From Mobula hypostoma (taxonomy: Eukaryota), in the NCBI RefSeq assembly GCF_963921235.1, contig NC_086123.1:31000001-31064000 (forward strand): a stretch of DNA of 64,000 bases, in the 5' to 3' direction. Positions 38,020 to 49,654 of the stretch are shown here, in pieces. Below the pieces are notes generated by a model, which saw nothing but the letters and a program-made list of their open reading frames with translations, searched no databases and was not told the DNA's origin. The number at the start of each line of letters is the position of its first letter. Position 1 is the first letter of the stretch. The position numbers and the translations under genes are program-made.

Positions 38020-38308
38020 CGCACAGTGAGTCAGCATTGATGGGGCCAGGAAAAGCGATGGAAAGAAAAGGAACCGAACTACGGCGTTATCCACTGAAAT
38101 CGAAATGGGCGCGGTGCTGCCATTAATCAGCTCGAGCGATGACAGCCAACCAGAGCAGTGCCGTGCATAAAATGTAATGTACCGGCAAATTTCACTATAT
38201 TAGAATAATTTGAAGGCGGGGCTGGCGACCGGTTTATAAACAGCTTCTCTGCGGTGGAAGCAAGAAGTTTGGACGCCGCCTGTGAGGAAGAACGTACGCT
38301 CAGTAACG
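38020..38308 (+). promoter_or_regulatory. OASL promoter: AP-1/ARE GTGAGTCAGCA (38026-38036), GAAA-rich tract, ISRE-like GAAATCGAAA (38096-38105), GC box (~38216), TATAAA (38235-38240)
   Basis: Motif matches in a CpG-rich block; TATA ~70 nt upstream of the ATG. Confidence 0.75.
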
Positions 38309-38479
38309 ATGGAGCTACACGAAATAGACCCCGAGAAACTGGACGACTTCATTAAAAAGAACTTGGAGCCAAGCGGATTTAATGTCGAGGTGAGAGAGGC
38401 CATGAACAGGATCTGCGAGTTTTTAAAAAATCAGTGTTTCACCAAACAACCCGACGTTAAAGTGATCAAAGCCGTTAAG
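38309..38479 (+). CDS. oasl: OASL exon 1 ([21 protein letters not shown]...VIKAVK)
   Basis: OAS N-terminal LD.FI...L.P motif; donor AAG|GTGAGT. Confidence 0.88.
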
Positions 38480-41400
38480 GTGAGTCGGTTAGTTTTTAAA
38501 TGAAAAATACTTACCGAGTGGTACTTACTATAATTCAGTTTTTAAAACAGCAAGCACTTCTTTTCCTCGTGAATGAAGATGCTGATAAATCAATCTACTC
38601 ATAAAAATAAGAGATAAGCTTAAGAGTAACAAGACAAACATTATATAGGATAAACTGTAATCGAATATACCAAATTATATAAATGTAATCAACATCAAGA
38701 GACATTAAGTAATCCTATATAGTAAGAAAGCCAAATTTAAAAAGTAGTTTTTTGGAAGTGTTTTGAAACTAGTCTGGCGTATCTCAGTCATTAAGAGTTT
38801 TTTTTTGCAAGATCGCATCACCAGTTCTTGTATGCTTGACTCTAGGAACTTTAAGCAAACCAGTATTCACGGATTTAAGATTACGATTAGGGACGTAAGG
38901 GATATATTGAGGAGCTAGATTATTTAGAGTCTTGTATACAGTTAAAATTATTTTTACGTCACCATGTGCTAGACTGGGGCTCATACAATTTAAAGTTTTA
39001 CACAGGGTACATTTAAGTAAAGCCAGGCTTGCTGACATATATCCCGGGACAGACGCAGGCTGTGACAGGTGTTTCTTCTCTCCGGCTGGTTTAGTGTATG
39101 CAGTTTGGTCTTGCCCTCGGCTTGATGGCTATGGGACACTGGTTTTTAAATTATCAGAGAGGTTTTGGGGGTGACACTGAGATCTTGCCCGCTTATAGCT
39201 GAATTTGGTGTGGCAGATGATGTTTTGGTTTTAAATGCAAGCCAGTGAGATATCATTGCATTTACATCGCTATTGGCCCGTAGGAAAATCTTGCTGGTCT
39301 GGAAATATGCCACTCCCCCATCTGCTGCTGCTTGGTTAGAGAGCGTAATGTTTTTTCCTAAAATTAGAAAAGATTAAATTCACTTTGAGAGGGTCTGTGA
39401 AAAAGTTCTATTCGAAATGGGGACCTTTCTTGTCATATTTTGGGAGTCTTAAGGAATTACCTACGAGTTGAGGGCATTTGATTGTACTTGGGAAGCTGCC
39501 TCCCTTTTAACACGCATATGGTTTACCTCACAGGGTGGTTGACGAATTGTAATATGAGTGTATTTTGGATCATCTGACATGTTGTGGATGTGTGTGGGCC
39601 TTCGTCTTGAAGTGGTGTGGGAGTATGGCTGTGAAATGTCCGCACTTGTATTTCTGAATTGTTGTATTGTAAATACATTAGCTGCCATGGTATGTTCGAG
39701 GAGGGCGGGTGAGGGGAGGTTTGTTTAGGGGTAAGATATATTTTTAAAATTATTTAAAAATTAATCCTATAGGACACGGGCAGCCAGTGTAATGATGGCA
39801 AAACTGGTGAATAGTTCTCATTTTTTTAAAAAACTAAGGGCGAAGCTGTCAACAGTTTTGTAATGCAGTCAGTGTGGTTCGGTCCAAAGGTCTTTGTTAA
39901 ATTGTGTACATTCCCAGGTCCAATGGGGGATCTTATCAACTTGCCACAGCTTTCTCCCTCTTGGGCAGCATTTCAGGACAAGTCCGACTTGTTTCTACCA
40001 CAGGTCTGAGTGCTCTGTGGTGGATGAAGAGTTCTGAGTGGAAAGCACGGATCTACACTACCGGCAAGAAAATTAATTTCAGGGCAGAATATGGCGACAT
40101 GTATATGTACTTTGATAATAAATTTGTCTTGAGCTTTGGAAGTTCCACTGGGAGTAAGTCTGGAGTTCTCGCTTTTTTAAAAAAACTTTCGGCCTCGCTG
40201 CTTGAAGTAGGCGCGGTGTATGGCGAGTAATTTACGAGGTGGTCCCCTGATCCTTGTGTGAAGCTTCTGTCAGCACCCAGTGCATGACCCTGAGGCGCTT
40301 AGCAGTGAGTGAAGGGGAAGTGGTCTCCAGCTGAGTGGCCACTTTGAGAAGGTCTTCCTTGAGGTGGAAGTGTTGCTGGGCGGTTAACGTGTGCGCGATG
40401 ATGAACACCGGGCTTCTGTAAGAAGGGCGAGCCGCGGTGAGGCAAGGCCGGAGAAGAATTTTCTCTTTTCCAAGTCTGCTGTTTATTAAAGGGGCAGGAC
40501 AGCAGCCGGTGAAGTGATGGAAGCCGGACAGATCAGGGAGGGTTCAACGGGAATGACCTGACACTCGCAACATCAACAGAAGGAGAGGTGAAGTCCTGCA
40601 AGGTCAATTCAGAAATTTAGGCGGCAAGTCCTGAAAAAAACAGTACCTTAGGGTTGTAATTTCAGGATTACTCCCAGAGCCCTGGGCTAAGAAGGCAACA
40701 AATCGGAAGTTAATAGAATTAAACCTGTGGCTCCAGGGCAGCTGGGAACTGTAGATGAAAGATGGGTTACACGGGGGCAAGTAAGTAATCCCGCCGCCCC
40801 CCCCGTTCAAGAATCTGATGGTTGAGGGGTAATAACTTCCTGAACCTGGTGGTGTGAGTCCTGAGGCTCCTGTACCTTCTTCCTGATGGCAGCAGCGAGA
40901 GGAGAGCATGACCTGGGTGGTGGGGGTCCCTGATGATGGATGCTGCTTTCCTGTGACAATGCTCCATGCAGATGTGCTCAATGGTGGGGAGGACGTGACC
41001 TGTGTCTTCAGGGCGTAACAAGGCATACATTCGGCTTCAACAAATTGTTGTTTGTCAGTGAATATGGGCTTAGAATGCATGGAATTATGCTAAATTAAAA
41101 AAAAATAGTGAAATAGAAAAAGATTAGGGCGTTAATTTTGGTGGCAGTGTTCTGGATAAGGTGGAGGTATATACAAAGGTTACCTCACCATTTCCTTGGG
41201 AAGACTGTATGTGTGTCCTCCAGTGAGGACAAGGCTGGATGGTAATAGCGATGACCAACTGTCAAATGTCTTCTATGAACGTAGTGCATGTCTACTTGGG
41301 GATATCCTTAAAGAGTGTTTGTTCAACTGCCTCCCTTCTGGATTTTCAGGAAAAGGGGAAAGTTCTGAACTAAAGGGACAGAACAAAGCACCACCATGTT

Positions 41401-44400
41401 AATCCTGCACACAAAACATATGCTGGCTATGTTAAACCTGATTTCAATTCTAATTCTGGAAATGTTTGAAAAGAACGATAATTAGATGTGTAACTTTTTT
41501 TGTTGACAGGGTGGATCATCAGGAAAAGGAACAGCTTTAAAAAATAGCTCAGATGCAGATCTCGTCGTCTTTCTCAGTTGCTTCAAAAGTTTCCAGCACC
41601 AGAGAGACACCAGGCATGAAATTCTTGAGGGAATTCGGGCAATGTTGGATAAATATTCTCAAAGCCTTGCATATCAAGTCGATAATATCAATATCAACAT
41701 CATAAAGCAAAGTACCACATCGCCAAAATCTCTGAGTTTTGAGCTGCAATCAAAGAAGAGTTCAGAGACCGTGTCCTTTGATGTTCTGCCAACCTATGAT
41801 GCATTAAGTAAGAATTAATAGCAATGATACGTTGACTATAATTAATAGTAATGTTACATCTCAAATGTAATTTTAATTCTTCTGTCACTGCTTCTGTGGA
41901 TAGGCGGTTTGAAAGGAGCTTGTCTAATTTGCTCTCTTCAGAGTCTTATTCTGAGTCAAGTTGTTGCTGCTGTTGTTAAGGAAGAAAATGCGCTCAGTGA
42001 CCATTTTATTCGGTACTTCCTGTAATCTTGGCCTTCTGCTGCTGTAGCCCATCCACCTCAAGGTTCGAAGTGTTGTACATTCACAAATGCGCTCCTGCAT
42101 GGCTCTGCTGTAACACAAGGCTATTGAATTACTGTCACCTTCCTGTCGGCTTGAACCAGTCTGGCCATTTTCCTCTGACGTCTCACTAACAAGGAGAGTC
42201 TAGCCACTGAACTGCACTCACTGGATGTCTTGTTTTTTATTCGTCTATTCTAAGCCATCTCTAGTGACTGTTGCACATAAGAATCCCAGGAGATCGGCAT
42301 TTTCTGAGATACTCCAACCACCCTGTCTGGCACCAACAATCATGCCACAGTCAGTCACTTAGAATGCATTTCTTCCCTATTCGGATGTTTGATCCAAACA
42401 ACAACTGAACCTGTTGACCAGGACTGCATGCTTTTGTACATTGAATTGCTGCTATGTGATTGGTTGATTAGACATTTGCATTAACGAGCAGGTGTACCTA
42501 ATAAAGTGGCCACTGAATGTAGATTACAGTTCACTTTTTGTCTGTATATGGCACATAAGATTCTTTCATAGGAGAAATAACAAGGAATATTAACCCTAAA
42601 TCTTACTGCTATTGCTTTAACGCTGACATTAAACCAGTTTGATAACAAAATGAATTCCATGGGAAGTCTTGGGTAGCAAGTCTAAAACTTGCTGTTAAAA
42701 GATAATATCTGCCTTTTTCCTTTCCTTTCATAAGAAAGGGATTCATTTTCTTGGCCACTCTTACCAAGATGCAAAAAGCATTAGTCATTATCTTGGGTTA
42801 AATTTACAGGTGATTCTTAGCAGAAATAGAGTTATGGAACACTACAGCATAGAAACAGGCCCTTCAGCCCACCTAGTGCATGCTGAACTATGATTTTGCC
42901 CAGTCCCATCAACTTGTACCTGGACCACAGCCCTCCATACCACACCCATCTATGTATCTATCCGAATTTCTTTTAAATGTTGAAATTGAACCCGCAGCCA
43001 TCACTCTGCTGGCAGCTCATTCCACACACTCACAACCATCTTGTGTGAAGAAGTTCCCCCAAATGTTTTTAAACCAGGGGTTCCCACCCTGGGGTCCACA
43101 GGTTCCTTGGTTAATGGTGCATGGCATAAAAAAGGATGGGGACCCCTGCCTTTAAAATAATCACTTCTCAACCTTAAACCATAACCTCTATTTCTAGTGT
43201 CACCCAACCTCAGTGGGGAAAAAAGCCTGCTTGCTTTTACCCCATCTATAACGGTCATAATTTTGAATACCTCTATCAAATCTCCCCTCATTCTCCTTTG
43301 TTATGCAAACTTCAGCAAACTCTTTCTGGGAACCTTTGGGAAGGTGGAAAATATCCTGAGATTAAATAAACTGGAGTGAATCCAATAGAATGGCCTATTT
43401 GGTCTTGGAGGTGATACTTGACCAGATATTAATCAATAGTCTTTTGACCATGTTCTCATTCATCATTTTATTTCTTGCAGCACCACAGTGTGATAGAAGC
43501 AAAGCACATCTCGAACTAACCCAATTTGCAAACGAGAACGAGATGACAGATGGAGAATTTTCTGCTTGTTTTACGGAACTTCAGAGATCATTTGTGAAGC
43601 GGCAATTTCCAAAGGTTAAAGACTTGATTCGCCTGCTGAAATATTGGTACAAGGAGGTGAGTGACGGAAGAAAGTGATAATTGTTAATCATTGAAAGCCT
43701 ATGGAAGGGTTGTTGTATCAAACCTAAAATGCTATCTTGCTTTGATATCTCAGATTACACCTTCTTCCTCTTTGGCATTTCCTCAGGATCATGGAGTAAG
43801 TGTGTCCCTAGTCCAATGCATCAGGTTCTCAATACAGTCTTGAATATCCCTTCTCCAATTTTGAATGGTTATGGACCGAAGACCCCCAGAATCTTTGGGG
43901 ATGTTGCTATTTGCTTTTGTCTCCCAAGGACCTGCCCAATAGCCAATGCAGGAAACCCATGAGATACCATTGTATGTTTGTGGGCAGAACGCAGCTCTCC
44001 AATGAAATCACTGACTTCCATGGTACAATTTTGGATTGAGTCCCTAGTTTCCAGAGTATACTCCCAGCATGCAACCTGCTTCAGGCTAGAAATGGTCACA
44101 AAGACATTTCTAATTGAATTCAAAATTTATTTTTGATTCAATTTCTCATTCGGTTGAGATTTAACCTAAGGATGTGATGGTCCTCTCTGCTTGACTGATG
44201 GCACCACAGAACTATCAGAGATTGGACAACATGTACTCCCCAACTGACTGACAATATACAGATCATTTCGCCATTTCCATCATTGCCCTGTGTGAGATCT
44301 TGCTTTATACACAAATGGGGTACTTAAATCCAAGTCTTTTCCCTATATATTCTTCTGGTACTCTCAGAACATTCATAAGGCCAAGAAAACAGGAGGAGGA

Positions 44401-47400
44401 GTCATCCCATGGGACTTTGACTTCAGGCTGTGATCATGGCTGACCTGACCTAGATCTCAGTGCAGATTCAGCAATTTGTGTGATGGAGATGTTGAGATAG
44501 GGGCCACTTGGGAATGATCCCATGTAGCCATTGGTCTAGGTGTGGTCTTGGCATGTAACCTCAGGGAGGCTGTTTCATCAGAGAAAATAATGAAGATTCG
44601 AAGTATAGAACCAAAACAGAGGGTAATGAGTGTGCTTAACATCACATTTGCTTATCCGTGATTGTCAATAATTCTCCCTAGTATGTCAAACCACGGAAAT
44701 CAGAGCTGAGAAATGGAGCACGACTGCCTGCAAAGTATGCCTTAGAGTTATTGACCATTTATGCCTGGGAGGAAGGTAATCATCAAGAGAGATTTGACAC
44801 GGCTGAAGGGTTCCGCACAGTCTTGGAACTGATCTGCAGATATCAGGATCTATGTATCTACTGGACTAACTACTATGATGTCAATAATGCAGTTCTTGCA
44901 GAGTTCATAATCAAGAAACTCAGCAACAGAAGGTAAGATTCCCAACCACACTTCAAACTATGCCAAATAATGGGACCCTTTGTTTTTAAATTGGGTTCAC
45001 CTTCTGGATTCTTGTACACACAGGTCCAATAGAAAGTATTACATGGCATCACATTCTTAAAACATAAGACCACAAGGTATAGGAGCAGAATTAGGCCATT
45101 TCGCCCATCAGGTCTGCTGTCATTTCATCATGGCTGTTTCAATTTTCCCCTTAGCCCCAATCTGCTGCCTTCACCTGTATCACTTCATGCACTGATCAGT
45201 CAAGAATCTATCAATCTCTGCCTTAAATATACATAAAGGCTTGGCCTCCACAGTTGGCTGTGGCAAAGAATTCCACAGATTCACCACCCTTTGGCTAAAG
45301 AAATTCCTCCTTATTTCCAATCTAAAAGGACACCCTTCTATTCTGGGGCTGTGTCCTCTGGTGTTAAACTCTCCCACCATACCACTCTATCATGGCCTTT
45401 CACCATTCATTATGTTTCATTGAGGTCACCCTCATCCTTCTGAATTCTAGTGAGTGCAGGCACAGAGCCATCAAATGCTCTTCATATGACAAACCATTCA
45501 ATCCTGGAATCATTTTCGTGAACCTCCTTTGAACCCTCTACAGTTCCGAAGGTAACATCTGAAAGTATCTCTTAATGTTCCTCATTTCCTAACTAACCAC
45601 TGTTGCCTACCTTACTCAGATGATTGACTTCAGAGTCCTCAGCCTTATTTACAATTCTCTACCTCACCACAGTCTACCCTCTGTCACCTCACCATTTTTT
45701 GCCTCCTCAAGCTCTTTTAGCCAGTGTTTCTATTTCACTTTTTGGCCATTTTCCATCAGTAGTAGTATTTTCTGTCAGCTTTCTCTCATCTTATGGAGTT
45801 TTCCGTAGAGTACTTCCTCATTTCAAAGTTTGACTCAAAATCTCAGAATACATTCCTCACATTTTGTGGATGTCCATTTCTGTTTCTGTTGTGATGGCAG
45901 ATGGGGAATGTGTAGATCTGTACGCATTGTGACATGTATTCAGTGATACATCTGTTTGAATTATTGTTACCATGTTTGGGAATACTGTGATGATCAATGA
46001 CAAATTCTGAGGCTGCGGAGGAATGGAGAGTTGAGGCCACAGACACTACCATTGTAGCCGACTAGAGCTGGGCAGGAAAGTTGATTCCTTTTTCTGCTCA
46101 TTGTGCTGCCTGTGTATGGGATGGGGAATGGGTGGCTTTGATGTTCTGATGTTCCTGTCATTCATTCATTTGTTTTTTTTAATTTTGTGGATGTCTGTGA
46201 AGAGTAAGAATTTCGGGTTGTATACTGTATACTTTCTCTGATAATAAATTGAACACTTTTGTCATAAACTGATGGAGGATTAATGCAAATTGATCACAAA
46301 GATGGCCATTATACGCAGTGCGTGTACTGTCAGCAAATAGCTCAAAGTTCAATCTTGTCATTGGAATGCTTTTATTTTTCAGACCGATCATTCTTGATCC
46401 AGCTGATCCAACTGGAAACGTGGCTTCATCAGATGGTTGGAATGTGATGAAAGATGAGGCCAGGAAATGGCTAAGCATGCCTTGTGTCTCTAATGTTGAG
46501 GCATGGGATGTCCAGGTAAGAGTTTGAATAATTGATTTTCAGATATAAGGGAGTGGAGATACATTATTCCCCATTTTCTTTCACCCTGCCAGTGTCTGGC
46601 TACTGATAAACATCCCAGACTGCCTCTGCCCAGGGGATATGCTACAGTCTGTCGCAGGCCTTCTGATTTTGCACTGCTTGAATTGTCCTCTATGGTAATT
46701 TGCAGTCTCTGGTGCTGAAAACCAGCCACCTTACCTCACCTTGTTGCTCATTATTGGGTGGAGTTTCGAGCTAAGCAAGGTCCTGGTGAACATGGCACAT
46801 GTATTACGTGCAGATTTGAATGCCTTGTGACATGGTTCTATTTCATTATCTAGGTTAATCATCCTAAATGTTTAAAGCCTAACCATTTTAAAATACAGTT
46901 GATTACTAGGTAATACACAACCGAAGCAGGGGGTGACCCAGCTTTTGGGGTCTTGAACTGTGGATTTATACAACATGTTTAATATTGGAAAAAACTTATT
47001 GAGGTGGCAATCTTATTGAAACCCATCAAATATTGAAAGGGCTAGACCGTGGACGTGGAGTGGATGCTTCCTACAGTGGGGACTCTAGGACTAGAGGCCA
47101 AGCCTCAGAATAGAGGGACATCCATTCAGAATGGCGATGAGAAGGAACTTCTGTAACCAGAGGCTGGTGAATGTGTGGAATTCATTGTCACAGACGGATG
47201 TGGAGGCCAAATCACTTAGTGTATTAAAAGAGGAGGTTGATTGGTTCTTGATTAGTCAGGGCATCAAAAGTTAAGAGGAGAAAGCAGAAGAATGGGGTTG
47301 AGAGGGAAAATATATCAGCCATGATAGAATGGTGAAGCAAACTCAATGGGCTGAATGGCCTAATTCTGTTGCTATGTCTTATGGATTTAAGTTTTCAGTG

Positions 47401-48984
47401 ATGTGTTTGGGAAAACTGATCGGTGGTAGTATCTGTGGCTGTGGAGGAATGGGCAGTTGAGGTTATAGACATAACTATTTTACCCAGATCAAGCCAAAAA
47501 AGTTCAGTTCTGGTTGATTTCTTTTTCTCCTACTCCTTGTGTTCGATTCACTAAGTTGCTTGACGACAACTGGTAGAAATGATTATAGAATTCAACAGAA
47601 AAACTGAGTTACAACAAGTGAAATGAACAAGTGTCTGACCTGTAACTTGACACTCATCACACCAAAGTGGGTTCCTTTTTTGATTGTATCTTCAGCTGTG
47701 TAACATTAATAAGATGAGGTTTAATATCACAGGCACATGTCATGAAATTTATTATCTTTGCAGCAATGCAGTACATAATAGAGGAAAAAATGACCTACAT
47801 TATGTGTGTGTGTATACTATATCTTAAATAGTTGAATTAAATAAAGTAGTGCAAAAAAGAAAGTTGTGGTGTAGTGTTTGTGGCTTCAATGTCCATTCAG
47901 ACAGGAAGAAGTTGTTGGGTGTGACCTTCAGGCTTCTGTACCTCCACCCTGATGGTAGCAATGACACGAGGGCATGTCCTGGGGAGGGGGGTCTTTAATG
48001 AAGGACACCACCCTTCTGAGGCATCGTTCCTTGAAGATGTCCTGGATACTACGAAGGCTAGTGCCCATGATGGAGCGGACTAATTTTACAACTCTGTGCT
48101 GGTTACCTAATCCTGTGCAGTAGCTCCACTCCCCCACACCACCCATACCAGATGGTGATGCAGTCAGTTAGAAAGCTCTGTCGAAATTTGCAGGAGTTTT
48201 TGGTGACAGACCGAATAGTGGAGAATGGAGCTCCAAATGAACAGCAAATCAGAGTTGTCTGCTGATTGAGACCATGACAGCCTACGCCACACTGTTGGAG
48301 CTCGCAATCCCATGGCACGCATCCACCCTCACTTCAGCCCTTGCAATTTATTCCACAGAGTGCTCTTGGTGCAAGTGTAGTTTTGCACACTAACGACACC
48401 CATAACTACCCTTCAAGTTGTCGTTTCCCATCTCCCTCTTTTGTTTTCTGTCGCCTCTGAAGTATAAAAGGAACATATTTTACTTCTGCCCATTTTTGTT
48501 TTGTTTACCTCAGTCAGTGAAGACATTCCGAGTCACGGTGACGGCCCTGAATGGTAATTCGTTACAGCAAAATGCCAGCATTTACAACAAGGTCTCTGAG
48601 ATCAAACGTGGCATCCAGGAAGAGTGGAACATCCCAGCTCTTCAGCAATGCCTGCAATTCAAAGACACCATTCTGGATGATAGGATCACCTTGCTGGTTG
48701 CCAAGATCTTCTTTGATGCAGAAATCCAGCTGCTCACCCTGAGTGTAATGGAGATATTTGTCGGGATAGACGGGCGTAACCGGACGATCCAGGTTTTGCC
48801 AAGTGACAAGGTTTCAAGTTTAAAAGCTAAAATTGAATCCCTGGAGCGAATCCGGCGAAGCCAGTACTACTTAACCTTTCAATCAACGCCGCTTGAAGAT
48901 GAACGTACACTGCAATCTTACGGCATTACGCAATATTCTACCATCCTTGTCAACCTGAGAGTGCGTGGTGGCAGCGAGATTTAA
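38309..48984 (+). CDS. oasl: 2'-5'-oligoadenylate synthetase-like protein with two C-terminal UBLs; join(38309..38479,41510..41807,43481..43656,44682..44932,46383..46515,48514..48984) = 1500 nt, 499 aa
   Basis: All five introns GT-AG with matching phases (0,1,0,2,0); OAS motifs [63 protein letters not shown]; last exon is a tandem UBL. Confidence 0.92.
38690..38935 (-). mobile_element. L2-type LINE 3' fragment in OASL intron 1
   Basis: [22 protein letters not shown]....LLKVPRV. Confidence 0.6.
38935..39770 (+). mobile_element. L1/Tx1-type LINE 3' fragment (Cys-rich ORF2 C-terminus)
   Basis: [14 protein letters not shown]......CDRC......L.Y.VWSCP.L. Confidence 0.7.
41510..41807 (+). CDS. oasl: OASL exon 2: NTase core ([16 protein letters not shown]); missed by the ORF track
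   Basis: Hand translation; acceptor ttgacag, donor A|GTAAGA. Confidence 0.92.
41991..42519. mobile_element. Tc1/mariner-type MITE with TIRs in OASL intron 2
   Basis: CGCTCAGTGACCATTTTATTCGGTAC ... GTACCTAATAAAGTGGCCACTGAATG, followed by TA. Confidence 0.75.
42830..43280 (-). mobile_element. CR1 3' fragment
   Basis: [12 protein letters not shown]...WNELP. Confidence 0.75.
43481..43656 (+). CDS. oasl: OASL exon 3 ([12 protein letters not shown]...[15 protein letters not shown])
   Basis: Acceptor ttgcag, donor GAG|GTGAGT. Confidence 0.92.
44682..44932 (+). CDS. oasl: OASL exon 4 ([16 protein letters not shown]...[11 protein letters not shown]...LCIYWTNYY)
   Basis: Acceptor ccctag, donor AG|GTAAGA. 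Confidence 0.92.
45060..45545 (-). mobile_element. CR1 3' fragment
   Basis: [31 protein letters not shown]. Confidence 0.75.
46383..46515 (+). CDS. oasl: OASL exon 5 ([14 protein letters not shown]...WDVQ)
   Basis: Acceptor tttcag, donor CAG|GTAAGA. Confidence 0.92.
48514..48984 (+). CDS. oasl: OASL exon 6: tandem UBL ending LRVRGG-SEI
   Basis: Polypyrimidine tract + cctcag acceptor, phase 0; aligns to ISG15 and ubiquitin. Confidence 0.9.
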   Translation, partial: SVKTFRVTVTALNGNSLQQNASIYNKVSEIKRGIQEEWNIPALQQCLQFKDTILDDRITLLVAKIFFDAEIQLLTLSVMEIFVGIDGRNRTIQVLPSDKVSSLKAKIESLERIRRSQYYLTFQSTPLEDERTLQSYGITQYSTILVNLRVRGGSEI

Positions 48985-49644
48985 CTTTCTAATGCAGAGG
49001 ATCCTAACTAAACAGTTTGAAAATCAATGGCAGTGATAAAGACCTGAATTAGTTTTTACATTTAAAGTACCTTTGGTTAATTACCTTGGTCGAATCAGCA
49101 CTAACTGTAACTGATGTGAGGTAGGAACTCTTGAAACACATATTCCATATTGTGTTCTTTCTGAGGGAACATAGCCCAGGTTAGCTAATGTGACCAATAT
49201 CTGCTGATGGAACTGGGGTGATTTGGAAGCTTGGATGATTTATGCATCTTGGGTACCTTGTAAGTGCACAATCCAACCCCCCTTGGACCTCATCAAACCC
49301 ATGTGGACACTTCTCCCATGGTGGACTTTAAACTCTGGCAAGCCTTAAACTTGTCCACAACTCTCATCTCTTACACCACACACGTACAAAGTGGATAGCC
49401 GTGCCTATTGATTTTTGAATCTATTCAATTATTATGCTTTTTTTTCCCTCAAGGCACTTCTCTTAAGTATCATAAATATAATGACTTGAACCGAGTAAAT
49501 GATTTTTCTGCGACTCCACATCGATACAACGTGAAAAATAGCCATTGGCTGAATGGCAGGGAAGAAGCTTTGCTCAAATTATCTGAATAATATTAATTTA
49601 ATATAATGTAAATTCTGTTTTGTACTGTGTGAAATTCGGCTGTC

Positions 49645-49654
49645 AATAAATAAA
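49645..49654 (+). terminator. OASL polyadenylation signal (overlapping AATAAA x2)
   Basis: AATAAATAAA ~660 nt after the stop, followed by T/GT-rich sequence. Confidence 0.65.

Noticed and set aside
38282-38503. ORF-track start (GTG) and end for OASL exon 1
   Set aside because: ATG 38309 in good context after the TATA box, and the GTGAGT donor at 38480, define the exon
40685-40701. 17-nt exact match (GGCTAAGAAGGCAACAA) between OASL intron 1 and the ISG15 3' UTR region
   Set aside because: One such match is plausible by chance in 64 kb, and it lies in what looks like a CR1 ORF1 esterase remnant
48418-48984. Stand-alone 188-aa UBL gene
   Set aside because: The first 32 codons are intronic polypyrimidine sequence; it splices in phase to OAS exon 5
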